Below, in pieces: positions 9,750 to 19,120 of a stretch of DNA of 64,000 nucleotides. Each line of letters begins with the position of its first letter. The stretch's first letter is position 1. The notes under the pieces were generated by a model. It saw nothing but the letters and a program-made list of their open reading frames with translations. It had not been told where the DNA came from and searched no databases. The stretch lies in the NCBI GenBank assembly GCA_965219685.1, contig CBDCOH010000002.1, positions 1,888,001 through 1,952,000 of the forward strand. Reading direction: 5' to 3'. Both the position numbers and the translations under genes were made by a program. The stretch comes from Candidatus Spongiisociaceae bacterium (GTDB lineage: Bacteria; Actinomycetota; Acidimicrobiia; Spongiisociales; Spongiisociaceae).

Positions 9750-11177
9750 TCAGTCCGGGGGTCGGCGGTCCCACCACGGGTCGGCCTGCTCGAGTTGGGC
9801 GGAAAGGCGGAAAACGAGCGCCTCGTTGCCGAAGGAGGCCGCGATCTGGACCCCTACCGGGAGACCGTCGGGGGTCATGTGCATCGGGAGGCTGGCGGCG
9901 GGACATCCGCTGAGGTTGTAGAGGGGCGTGAAGGCGAGGTGCCCCCACATGCGCTCGATGTAGACCTCGACATCTTCGCCCATCATGTCCAGGGCGCCTA
10001 GCAGGAGCGGCGGGTCGGCCAGGGTCGGGCTGAGGATGATGTCGTAGTCCTCGAAGAAACTCGCCAAGCGTCGTCCGGTGCGGTGGATCATGAGCAGTGT
10101 GTTGACGTAATCCCGCGCCGACAGGCGCCTGCCCTGCTCGGCCACCATGCGGGTGACGTTCTCGAGATCGTCCGCCTGCTGTCGCCTGCCCAATGCGGCC
10201 AGCCGTGAATCGACATGGTTGGCGGTATGGGCCGCCATCACCGTGCGCATGGCGGTCCGGCACTCGGAGCCGGACACCGGCGGAACAGCCGGGACCACGG
10301 TATGCCCCAAATCGGTCATCACCCGCGCAGCCCGCTCGGCGGCCTGAACGCATTCCGGGTCGATCCGTTCGCCGTAGAGGCCCTCGGTCCACAGAGCGAT
10401 GCGGAGGCTTCCGGGGTCTCGACCCACTTCGGCCAGGAATCCGCCGTCCGGCGGGGGCGCTGCGTAGGGATCCCCAGGCTCGGGTCCGTGAGTCACGTCG
10501 AGCAGGACTGCACTGTCGCGTACGGTGCGGGAGAGTACGTGATAGGAGGACAAACCGCTCCAGCCTTCGCCCGCGTCGGGTCCGGCGGGTGTCCTGGCCC
10601 GGGTCGGCTTCAGGCCGTACAGCCCGCACATGGATGCCGGGCTGCGGATGGACCCGCCGCCGTCGGAACCCTGGGCGACCGGGACCATTCCCGCCGCCAC
10701 CGCGGCGGCCGCTCCCCCGCTCGACCCTCCGGCGCTCCGGGAAGCGTCCCACGGGTTGAGGGTCGGTCCGAGCAATACCGGCTCGGTGGTACCGCTGATC
10801 CCGAGTTCCGGGGTGTTGGTCTTGGCGAGAACCACCAGCCCGGCGTGGCGAAAGCGCTCGGTGATCGTGCTGTCATGCCCGGCGACGTTTGTCCGATAGA
10901 GGCGGGAGCCGTTGGTAGTCGGCGCGCCGGCGAACAGGCAATGCAGGTCCTTGAGCATGAACGGAACCCCGGAGACAGGGCCCCCGGGAAGCCCTCGGGC
11001 GATCGATTGCCTCGCCGCATCCTCCATTAGATGTATGACCGCGTTGATCTCCGGGTTCTTCGCGGCAACCCGCGCGAGCGCGGCGTCCAGCAACTCTTCA
11101 GGGGTGACCAGCCGGTCGCGGATCAGTCCGGCCAGACCCAGCGCGTCGTAGTCTTCGTACTCGTCGAACACGGCCAT
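9750..11177 (-). CDS. Amidase-signature family amidase
   Basis: [30 protein letters not shown]; start assigned to [11 protein letters not shown]. Confidence 0.92.
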   Translation of the reverse strand: MAVFDEYEDYDALGLAGLIRDRLVTPEELLDAALARVAAKNPEINAVIHLMEDAARQSIARGLPGGPVSGVPFMLKDLHCLFAGAPTTNGSRLYRTNVAGHDSTITERFRHAGLVVLAKTNTPELGISGTTEPVLLGPTLNPWDASRSAGGSSGGAAAAVAAGMVPVAQGSDGGGSIRSPASMCGLYGLKPTRARTPAGPDAGEGWSGLSSYHVLSRTVRDSAVLLDVTHGPEPGDPYAAPPPDGGFLAEVGRDPGSLRIALWTEGLYGERIDPECVQAAERAARVMTDLGHTVVPAVPPVSGSECRTAMRTVMAAHTANHVDSRLAALGRRQQADDLENVTRMVAEQGRRLSARDYVNTLLMIHRTGRRLASFFEDYDIILSPTLADPPLLLGALDMMGEDVEVYIERMWGHLAFTPLYNLSGCPAASLPMHMTPDGLPVGVQIAASFGNEALVFRLSAQLEQADPWWDRRPPD

Positions 11178-11239
11178 TAGGGTTTCCCCATCGGTTGAGG
11201 ACCGATCCCAGCTTACCGGAGGTAGGGAGAGCGCTCTTG

Positions 11240-12013
11240 GTGGATTCCGGACAGTTCGAGATCCTACGGCCCGATCTCCGGGGCTCCACAGCACTGGTGG
11301 CCGGCGCCAGCCGTGGGATCGGCCGTTCCGCGGCTCTCGGCCTCGCCTCGGCAGGCGCCTCGGTGATCGGGCTTGCCCGCTCGGGCGACGCCCTCGAACA
11401 TCTCGGTAGGGAGATACGCGCATCCGGCGGCGAGTTCCTTCCGCTCGTCGCCGACATCGCCGACCTCACCTCCATGGGGGCGACCGTCGAGCGGGCCTGG
11501 AAGTGGAAGGACGGCTTGGACAACCTGGTTAACTCCGCGGGGGTGACGAACCGCTCTTCCCCCTTGGACATCAGCCCCGAGGAGTGGGATGAGTTGTTCG
11601 CGGTGAACCTCCGCGGTGCCTTCTTCCTCACAAGGGAGGTCGGTCGCCGCATGCTGGACGGCGACGGAGGCTCGATCGTCAGCATCGCTTCGCTGTCGGG
11701 GGTGGTGAGCGACGGCGCCCAGGTCGCCTACAGCGCCAGTAAGGCAGCGCTGATCCACATGAGCGCGGTGCTTGCCGACCAGTGGGCACCAAGAGTGCGT
11801 CTGAACTGCATCAGTCCGGCTTGGGTGGAAACCGACATGACCCGTGGCTTCCTGGCAAATCGTGACAACACATCCGCCATCCTGCAACGCACGCCCATGG
11901 GTCGGCTGGCGCAGCCCGATGAGATGGTCGGAGCCGTGCTGTTCCTTGTGTCGGAGATGAGCTCCTACATGACCGGGCAGAACCTGATTCTCGACGGAGG
12001 ATGGACAGCATGA
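11240..12013 (+). CDS. Short-chain dehydrogenase/reductase
   Basis: GASRGIG, NSAG, YSASK, TGQNLILDGG; start TTG 11237 or GTG 11240 after AGGGAG. Confidence 0.88.
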   Translation: MDSGQFEILRPDLRGSTALVAGASRGIGRSAALGLASAGASVIGLARSGDALEHLGREIRASGGEFLPLVADIADLTSMGATVERAWKWKDGLDNLVNSAGVTNRSSPLDISPEEWDELFAVNLRGAFFLTREVGRRMLDGDGGSIVSIASLSGVVSDGAQVAYSASKAALIHMSAVLADQWAPRVRLNCISPAWVETDMTRGFLANRDNTSAILQRTPMGRLAQPDEMVGAVLFLVSEMSSYMTGQNLILDGGWTA

Positions 12014-12966
12014 CCCGTGCTCTGGTGGTTGATTGCCACATGCACATCCGGGGCGATGACTGGAACCCGGTGAACCTCCGCTCCGGGATGGATGCCTCGT
12101 GGGCCCGGCAGGTGCGGTGGTTCGACCCACCTCGCTCCGATCCCTCCTACCTGCATGCCAGCGTCGCTCAAGCAGCCGACGTGACCGGTGATAAGGCGGT
12201 GGCGCGTATGGACGAGGCCGGGGTGGACGCATCCGTGATGATGCCCATGGACCACGGCGTCGGCCTCGGCGAGGAAGGCGTCATACCCATAGCCGAGAAG
12301 AACCGGCTCTGCGCCCAAGCCACCAAACGACACCCCGGACGGCTCTACACCTTCTGCGGAGTAGACCCCCGACGACCCAACGCCCTCGAAATCCTCACCA
12401 CCGCCGTAGACCAATGGGGCGCCATCGGCCTCAAGCTCTACCCCACCAACGGCTTCTACCCCGACGACGAAAACGTGGTCTACCCCCTATACCGGTTCCT
12501 ACGCGAACGCGACCTACCCGTCCTACTACACCAAGGACACTCCGCAGGACGCCACAAATCCAAATACGGACACCCCATCTACGTAGACTCCGCCGCCGCC
12601 GACTTCCCCGACCTCCGCTTCATCATGGGCCACTCCGCCCGCTACGAAACCTGGGCACACGAAGCAATCTCGGTCGCCATCTACAAAACCAACGTGCACC
12701 TCGACATGAGCCTTTGGCAACACTGGATCTCCCCCGACGAACTCGTACGCAAGATCGTCTGGATGAGAGACCGCATCGGAGCCGACCGGATCCTGTTCGG
12801 ATCCGACATGGCCGGAATCGAAGTATCCCTCACCCTCGCGCAGTGGGTAGACCAGTTCCGCATGCTCCCAGAATGGGCCAAACAATTGGGCTACCGCATC
12901 CCCCAACACCAGATCGACCAGATACTCGGAGAAAACACCCGCCGCATCTACCGGCTAGACGATTAG
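12010..12966 (+). CDS. Amidohydrolase_2-family metallo-hydrolase/decarboxylase
   Basis: VVDCHMH, GLKLYP, VLLHQG, IMGH, LFGSD, ILGEN; ATGA overlap with the SDR. Confidence 0.9.
   Translation: MTRALVVDCHMHIRGDDWNPVNLRSGMDASWARQVRWFDPPRSDPSYLHASVAQAADVTGDKAVARMDEAGVDASVMMPMDHGVGLGEEGVIPIAEKNRLCAQATKRHPGRLYTFCGVDPRRPNALEILTTAVDQWGAIGLKLYPTNGFYPDDENVVYPLYRFLRERDLPVLLHQGHSAGRHKSKYGHPIYVDSAAADFPDLRFIMGHSARYETWAHEAISVAIYKTNVHLDMSLWQHWISPDELVRKIVWMRDRIGADRILFGSDMAGIEVSLTLAQWVDQFRMLPEWAKQLGYRIPQHQIDQILGENTRRIYRLDD
12499..12962 (+). repeat. Direct repeat copy B, identical by eye to 1-464
   Basis: Match ends after ...ctagacga; the tails then differ (DD* versus DDHQPN*). Confidence 0.95.
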
Positions 12967-13156
12967 TTGATAGTTGCTAGCATTAGGTCGAGTGGGTGTC
13001 CGGGGTCTCAGTTGTCCATCGGCAAGGGAGCCGGCCCAGAGGGGGTCACCGCTCGATAGCCCTCTCGCGCAGTGACGCCGGCGGCGTCTCCGGTCGGCGT
13101 TCCGCAACTCTCGTATACTTGCGCGCACACCTAGCGCCGCCCGGCACGGAGGCGTC

Positions 13157-13813
13157 ATGAATGAAGCACGGTTGACCCTTTCCGAAGTCATTCCACCTAA
13201 GGCCGCGACAGCATGGACTGCCGACGCGGGACAGACCATCCGCATCACCGACTTGGAAGGTGGCCAAGTAGGGGACCTGGTCCTGTTCGCCAGGGACGAT
13301 CTTCGCGATCGCGTCTCGATTTCATGGACCCGCACCAGGAATATCCGCACAGCGTCCACATACGAGCCTCCCCTCGGTCTCGCCCCCGGCAACGCCATTT
13401 GGTCCACGGGCTACCGCGTCCTTGCCACCGTCATCGAGGACACCTCACCGGTAAGGGGAGTACATGACCTCTACGGGAGGATGTGCAACCGGGGCATGTA
13501 CGAAATGTACGGTGTGGCCCCCCAGGACGGCTGCTACGAACTGCTTCAGGGTGTCCTGACGCCACATGGGGTGGCTCCATCCGAGATTCCGGACGCGATC
13601 GGGGTGTTCATGAACACCCAACCCGATCCGGAGACCAGGGTCATGCGCATACATCAGCCGGTCACACGACCTAACGACAGCATTTCCATCCGAGTCGAGA
13701 TGGACGTGCTCGCAGCCATGAGCACATGCCCGATGGATGTCCTCGCGCCTACCAACAGCTACAACATCACACCCATGAAGGTCGAAGTGCTCACAGGCGG
13801 CAACAGTTCTTAG
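13157..13813 (+). CDS. DUF1989 / urea carboxylase-associated family protein
   Basis: IRITDLEGGQVGD, HDLYGRMC, GC..LL, VFMN, AMSTCP; GGAGG RBS. Confidence 0.82.
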   Translation: MNEARLTLSEVIPPKAATAWTADAGQTIRITDLEGGQVGDLVLFARDDLRDRVSISWTRTRNIRTASTYEPPLGLAPGNAIWSTGYRVLATVIEDTSPVRGVHDLYGRMCNRGMYEMYGVAPQDGCYELLQGVLTPHGVAPSEIPDAIGVFMNTQPDPETRVMRIHQPVTRPNDSISIRVEMDVLAAMSTCPMDVLAPTNSYNITPMKVEVLTGGNSS

Positions 13814-13877
13814 GGAGGTCGAGCCGACGGAATGACGCTGACAGACCGCCGCGTCAGTTACCAGACTCCCGTGACAG

Positions 13878-14525
13878 TCAGCCCAAGGGCCACGATTCCT
13901 TGGTATAAGCCATGTCCCAGAACATATACTCGTAATTGACGCCGATCCGGAAACTCTCCAACATCTGACCTCGGCGCTCATCGGAGAGACCTTCCGAGTA
14001 TCTGTCCACGAAGTCCCGGTAGTCACGACAGAGCCTGTGATGATCCTCGCTCATGTAGAACTCCCACCAGTCAGCTTGGAAGTCCGTGAGTGGAGCCCCC
14101 TCGAGCTGGTACCCGATAGCGTCGTAACTCAGAGGACAGGGAAGGAACGATCCCAGGTACTCTACCGGATCGCGGGCGAACGCCAGATAGAAAAGATGCC
14201 GTGAATATGCGTGCAAGGTCGGAGCGACGGGGGCACCGAAAGTACCTCCCAGTTTCCTGAGCATGTCCTCCTGGTGGTAGTACTCGTCGAGGATGAGCTT
14301 GGTATTGCGAAGGAAGAAGTCCCTGATCTCGGCGTTCTGTGCCTTGGCGGCGACGATCGAGCGGCATCGCAACACTGCATCTATGTAGTGAACGTTCTGC
14401 TCGAAGTAGAACGCTAACTTGTCATTGCCCAGAGTCCCCGCCTTGAGTTCTTTCAGAAAGGGATGCTCATAGAGTTGGTCGAACAGTTGTGCCGTCTCCT
14501 CCATCATGTGTGCGGTCCAACTCAC
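13878..14525 (-). CDS. tenA: TenA-family protein, paralogue 1 (QN variant)
   Basis: HPFL..L.AGTL, FYFEQN, LPCP, YEYMFWDMAY. Confidence 0.88.
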   Translation of the reverse strand: MSWTAHMMEETAQLFDQLYEHPFLKELKAGTLGNDKLAFYFEQNVHYIDAVLRCRSIVAAKAQNAEIRDFFLRNTKLILDEYYHQEDMLRKLGGTFGAPVAPTLHAYSRHLFYLAFARDPVEYLGSFLPCPLSYDAIGYQLEGAPLTDFQADWWEFYMSEDHHRLCRDYRDFVDRYSEGLSDERRGQMLESFRIGVNYEYMFWDMAYTKESWPLG

Positions 14526-15877
14526 GGCGCCCCCCTCGACAACCTGCCCTCGACCAAGCGTGCGACAGCATCTCGGGCGCGTTGGGCAACTTCCGTCTCG
14601 TCAACGGTCTTGATGACGCGGTCTTCCATCACGATGCGTCCATCCACGATGACCGTGCGAACCATCCTGCCATTCGTGGCGAAGACCAGTCGCGGCAGAA
14701 CGTTGGCTCTGTATGCGGGCAGTCGGGTGTCGTAGAACTCACTTTCGGCATCAACCAGGATGACGTCCGCCTTGCGACCGGGCTCGATCACTCCTGCCTC
14801 GACTCCCAGAGCTCGCGCCCCGTTCACCGTTGCCATTCGCAGGACCTGCTCCGCCGGCATCAACTTCGGGTCAGCGTGGAGGGCTCGCTGTAGGTACGCC
14901 CCGGTGCGCATCACCTCGAAGATGTCCATGGTGTTGTTACCTTCGGTGGCGTCATGGCCGAGTCCGACGTTGACGCCGGCATCGAGAAGCTCACGTGCAG
15001 GTGCGATTCCCTCGCCCAGTTTCGAGTTCGCGGCCGGATTGTGGGATACATGCGTTCCCGTCTCCGCAATCATGCCGATGTCCTCGTCCGTCAGCCACAC
15101 ACAGTGGGCTGCCACTGTCGACGGTCCGAGCAGACCGTGGTCGTGGGCAACCCGGACCGGCCGCGACCCGAACTCCTGCATGCAGGTCTCGACTTCTTGC
15201 TGGGACTCGCTGAGGTGGATGTGCAGGCCGGTGTCCAGATCGGCCGCCATGCTCGCGGCGTCCCGCAGTATGTCTGCCGTCGCCAAGGGGATCCATTCGA
15301 CCCCTACGGCAACCCGGACCCGGTCGTCGGGCTCCCCTGCACACGCATGGAACGCAGCGCGGTTGTCCTCGAGCACGTCCAACCCGTCCTCGGGTCGCGC
15401 TACCAGGCTGCTGAGAGTGGCGCGGATGCCGACTGTCCTCGCGGCCCGGGCCAGGGACTCGACGTGTCTGAACATGTCGTTGACCGAGGTCGTGCCCCCC
15501 CGGAGGGCGCGGACATAGCTGTAAAGGGCGCCAGCGTAGGCGGTGTCCGGGTCGAGGTTCCGCATCATCGGATACCAGTGCCCGAAGAGTGCCTCCTCGA
15601 CCTCGAGGGACTCCGAATAGCCTCCCCGTTCGATGGAGGTGTGGAAGTGGAGGTCCACCAGACCGGGCATGACGAACAAGCCCGAGGCGTCGATCGTGCG
15701 GGCTGCACCCACCTCCGGCGCTGATCCCTCGCCCGTGGATACGATCCGATCTCCGCGGATGACCACATGGCCGCCGTGATATATGTCGGCGTGTTCGTTC
15801 AGGGTCACGACGGTTCCGTTCCGCACCACGATCGTGCTGGGCGGCGTACCGGCAGCCGGGACGGCGTCATCCGTCAT
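14522..15877 (-). CDS. Amidohydrolase, MTA/SAH/triazine deaminase-like
   Basis: MPGLVDLHFH, GGTT, HIHLSE, AAHCV, HNP..N.KL, GHD, GRKAD. Confidence 0.9.
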   Translation of the reverse strand: MTDDAVPAAGTPPSTIVVRNGTVVTLNEHADIYHGGHVVIRGDRIVSTGEGSAPEVGAARTIDASGLFVMPGLVDLHFHTSIERGGYSESLEVEEALFGHWYPMMRNLDPDTAYAGALYSYVRALRGGTTSVNDMFRHVESLARAARTVGIRATLSSLVARPEDGLDVLEDNRAAFHACAGEPDDRVRVAVGVEWIPLATADILRDAASMAADLDTGLHIHLSESQQEVETCMQEFGSRPVRVAHDHGLLGPSTVAAHCVWLTDEDIGMIAETGTHVSHNPAANSKLGEGIAPARELLDAGVNVGLGHDATEGNNTMDIFEVMRTGAYLQRALHADPKLMPAEQVLRMATVNGARALGVEAGVIEPGRKADVILVDAESEFYDTRLPAYRANVLPRLVFATNGRMVRTVIVDGRIVMEDRVIKTVDETEVAQRARDAVARLVEGRLSRGAP

Positions 15878-15880
15878 ATT

Positions 15881-16672
15881 TCATTCCTCTCGCAGATGGA
15901 GTTCGGCCTTGAGGGTGCGCTCGAGGCGAAGGAACTCGTCCGTGATCTCGATCCCCTTCTCACGTGGACGGTCCAGTTCTACGTCGTAGACAGCCTGGAT
16001 CCGCCCTGGACGGGGAGTCATCACGTAGACCCGATCCGACAGGTAGACAGCCTCGGCAACGTCGTGGGTGATGAACAGCACGGTGGTGCGGATCTCCTCC
16101 CAGACGCTCATCAGCCACTGCTGCAGACCCGTCCTCGTGTAGCTGTCCAACGCGCCGAACGGCTCATCGAGCAACATTATCGATCGTTTCTGAACCATCG
16201 TCCGTAGAAACGCCACCCGCTGTCGCATACCCCCTGAGAGTTGGTCCGGGTAGGCGTGGGCGAATTCGGACAGCCCGAAACGCTCGAGGTAGGGCTTGAC
16301 CCCGTCTCGAGCCGATTTCCGGGATAGGCCGTCCATCTCGAGTCCGAGGCTGGCGTTCCCCAGGACGGTCCGCCACGGAAAGAGGAGATCCTTCTGGAAC
16401 ATGTAGGCAATCTCGCCCAGGCGGCTACCGCCCGGAACACCGTCGAGTCGGATCTCGCCCGAGTCGTACCCCTCGAGGCCCGCAACGATGTTGAAGAGGG
16501 TGCTCTTGCCGCAGCCGCTCGGACCGATGAGGGTGACGAACTCGCCCGGCCTGACCACCATATCGACACCGTCGAGAGCCATTACGGGGCCCGATTTCGG
16601 GTGGAAGGTCTTGGTAAGACCCTCTATGACCAGGCCTCCCATTCCGGAGGCAGCCGACCCCGTCAACGTCAC
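15881..16672 (-). CDS. ABC ATP-binding protein (TauB/ThiZ-like)
   Basis: GPSGCGKST, LSGGMRQR, LLDEPFGALD; GTG start overlaps the permease stop. Confidence 0.92.
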   Translation of the reverse strand: MTLTGSAASGMGGLVIEGLTKTFHPKSGPVMALDGVDMVVRPGEFVTLIGPSGCGKSTLFNIVAGLEGYDSGEIRLDGVPGGSRLGEIAYMFQKDLLFPWRTVLGNASLGLEMDGLSRKSARDGVKPYLERFGLSEFAHAYPDQLSGGMRQRVAFLRTMVQKRSIMLLDEPFGALDSYTRTGLQQWLMSVWEEIRTTVLFITHDVAEAVYLSDRVYVMTPRPGRIQAVYDVELDRPREKGIEITDEFLRLERTLKAELHLREE

Positions 16673-17532
16673 CCCGCGTCTCCCTGAGTCTTGGGTCGGT
16701 ACCACGGCATGACCAATCGCTGGAGGATCACAACCCCACCGAACAGGAGAAGGGTCACGGCCGAAGTAACCGTCACGGCCCCGAACACGAGGTCGGTGCG
16801 CAAGGCGTTCTTCATGGTGAGCATGTAGATCCCGAGGCCTTCCACCGCACCGACGAACTGGGCGATCACGGCCGCTATCACCGCGAACGACATCGAGACC
16901 CGTATGCCGGTGAAGAGATGGGTGAGGGCACTCGGAAAGCGAACCTTCAGCAGAAGCCGGACGCGACCGGAGCCCATCGTCCGCAGGAGGTTCATGGCGT
17001 CCTCATCCGTCGAGGCAAGCCCCTGAGCGAGGCTGACAGCCACCGGGAAGAAGGTGTACATGGCGACGACGAACGCATGCGACGAGATTCCGAACCCGAA
17101 CCAGATCACCACGAGGGGCGCGATAGCGACGATCGGAAGGGTCTGGGAAACGACAATCACCGGATAGATACTCCGCCTGACCCAGCCGAAGCTGTCGACC
17201 ACGACACCGATCACGACTGCGAGCACCAGCGCGGACCCGAACCCGAGGAGCACCGTCTGGAGGGTTATCCAGGTGGCTCCCCACAGGTTCGAGCGATCAT
17301 CCCACATCGCATCGAGAACATCGGTGGGCGTCGGGAGCACCGCGGGCGAGATGTCCTGCCACCGGACGAACATCTCCCACGCGATCAGGAGAATCAGGAC
17401 GGTGACCAGAGGAGGCCAGGCCATGCGAGCGAGACCCGGTCCGGACGAGTCGGTCCCGCCCCGCGTCAGGTCCGGCGGGGATCCCCGCTCGCTTCCTAGA
17501 TAATGGGAGTTCTTCCTAGCTGACTTCAGCAC
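16669..17532 (-). CDS. ABC permease (TauC/ThiX-like)
   Basis: Six hydrophobic segments, QTLPIVAIAPL..WFGFG; start uncertain (GTG 17532 or ATG 17424). Confidence 0.85.
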   Translation of the reverse strand: MLKSARKNSHYLGSERGSPPDLTRGGTDSSGPGLARMAWPPLVTVLILLIAWEMFVRWQDISPAVLPTPTDVLDAMWDDRSNLWGATWITLQTVLLGFGSALVLAVVIGVVVDSFGWVRRSIYPVIVVSQTLPIVAIAPLVVIWFGFGISSHAFVVAMYTFFPVAVSLAQGLASTDEDAMNLLRTMGSGRVRLLLKVRFPSALTHLFTGIRVSMSFAVIAAVIAQFVGAVEGLGIYMLTMKNALRTDLVFGAVTVTSAVTLLLFGGVVILQRLVMPWYRPKTQGDAG

Positions 17533-17581
17533 GCTGCGGCCCACGATGGCCGGCTGTCCGACCCGGACCTGGCGGTAGGGA

Positions 17582-18832
17582 TCAGCAGCCGGGGAGGAGT
17601 TCGTTGGTTGCGTACACCGCGAACTCGGGTGCCGTAACCACCTGGCCGTCCTCATCCAACAGGACACCTGACCGTTCCAACAGGCCGCCTATGCCCGCGA
17701 AGTGCGACGGCTGCACGCAGCCCCATGTCCCGGCCTCGTTGAGATACTGAGATGCCCGGTATTGCGCGCTCTCCCGAACCAGTGCCTCGCTCTGCTGGAG
17801 ATCCGTCACCTCGCTGATCAGAATCTCGGCTGCTTGATCGGGATTCTCCGCGGCAAAGGTGTACGCGTCGCCCAAGGCTCTGAGGGCTCTCTCCAGTACA
17901 TCGGGTTGCTGGTCGATCATCTCGGAGCGGGCGATGAAGACCACATCCGGATATACGATCTCCGGTATGAAGTCGACGTAGGGGAAGAGGCGCAGTTCGG
18001 TACCGCGGAGTCGAGCGGCGATCTCGCTCCATCCCTGGAAGACGGCACTGAAATCGACCCGGTCCTCTATCAAAGCCTCGATGGCGCCGCCCTGCAGGAC
18101 GACCTCTTGGAAGTCGCCGGGGGTCGCAGCTCCGGCCGCCATGAGCATCTCGGTCACGAGGGGTCTCTCGTGCGGGGTCCCGTAGCCGCCGTACGACTCG
18201 GCAGCGTCGAGTTCAGCGGCAGTCTGGTAGGGCGAGTCAGCCGGCACGACCAAGGCCACGTTGTTCTCCTGGATGATGGCTGCGACGATCTTCAGCGAAG
18301 AACCAAGTGCCACCTCACGGAGCACGTCCGGCGGATAGGCAATGCCCAGGTCCGCGTCGCCCGCCTCGACCAAGACACCCGTGACGGTGAACGCCCACGG
18401 AACGACCTCCACATCCAGGTTCTCGCGCTCGAACAGGCCCATGGAGCGAGCGATGAAGATGCCCGCATGGTTGGTGTTCGGGATGAAGTCGAGAGCGATC
18501 CTGACTGTTGCCCGTTCCGGAGGAGCCGCGGTCGTATCCGGCGCGGCCGTCGTATCAGGCGCCGCAGTCGTGACAGGAGCAGCCGTCGTATCAGGCGCCG
18601 CAGTCGTGACAGGAGCAGCCGTCGTATCAGGCGCCGCAGTCGTGACAGGAGCAGCCGTCGTATCAGGCGCCGCAGTCGTGGCAGGAGCAGCGGTCGTGGC
18701 AGCGGATGTCGCTGCTCCATCGGACGATGGTTCGGAATCGCCGCACGCAGCCATAATCAACACCAGCGCGGAAAAATAGATCAGCAGTTTCCGGGCGACA
18801 CCCATCCGCCCCTGCGGCGACCTGTACCTCAT
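17582..18832 (-). CDS. ABC substrate-binding lipoprotein, NMT1/THI5 (ThiY-like)
   Basis: Lipobox MAAC; ALDFIPNTNHAG and GLFERENLDVE match the NMT1-type N-terminus; TTAAP linker. Confidence 0.85.
   Translation of the reverse strand: MRYRSPQGRMGVARKLLIYFSALVLIMAACGDSEPSSDGAATSAATTAAPATTAAPDTTAAPVTTAAPDTTAAPVTTAAPDTTAAPVTTAAPDTTAAPDTTAAPPERATVRIALDFIPNTNHAGIFIARSMGLFERENLDVEVVPWAFTVTGVLVEAGDADLGIAYPPDVLREVALGSSLKIVAAIIQENNVALVVPADSPYQTAAELDAAESYGGYGTPHERPLVTEMLMAAGAATPGDFQEVVLQGGAIEALIEDRVDFSAVFQGWSEIAARLRGTELRLFPYVDFIPEIVYPDVVFIARSEMIDQQPDVLERALRALGDAYTFAAENPDQAAEILISEVTDLQQSEALVRESAQYRASQYLNEAGTWGCVQPSHFAGIGGLLERSGVLLDEDGQVVTAPEFAVYATNELLPGC
18524..18700 (-). repeat. Coding tandem repeat, 36-bp unit (~4 copies, 18-bp subunit), encoding TTAAPD/TTAAPV
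   Basis: gccgtcgtatcaggcgccgcagtcgtgacaggagca repeated on the + strand. Confidence 0.9.
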
Positions 18833-19120
18833 CGTCTCTGCCCTCCCATTGAAACAGGCGGGTCCGAGCGGGCCCGCCGCTGAAACCTTGCAAAACACGG
18901 TATCAGAGATAGGTCGGCCAGGCCACCAGATCTTATGTCGAATGTTCGGACTGATCCACCGTTCGGCCAACCTCGAGCAACAACTCGGGCGGCGTTACAC
19001 AGGTACGGCTCGTAAACGCGGGCCAGACTCACATCTGGCAGAACGTCCCACCGAAGCCGGTCGACAATCCCCTGAACGGGATCCACCCGGTCCCGTCCTA
19101 TCTGCTTGCAGATGCTCGCG

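Noticed and set aside
18524-18700. Regular 36-bp repeats as a CRISPR array
   Set aside because: No unique spacers, in-frame within a lipoprotein gene, and no cas genes.
18833-19120. TPP riboswitch upstream of the ThiY-like/tenA operon
   Set aside because: The CUGAGA and AACCUGA...GCGNAGGGA elements were not found by eye; an Rfam scan is needed to exclude it fully.
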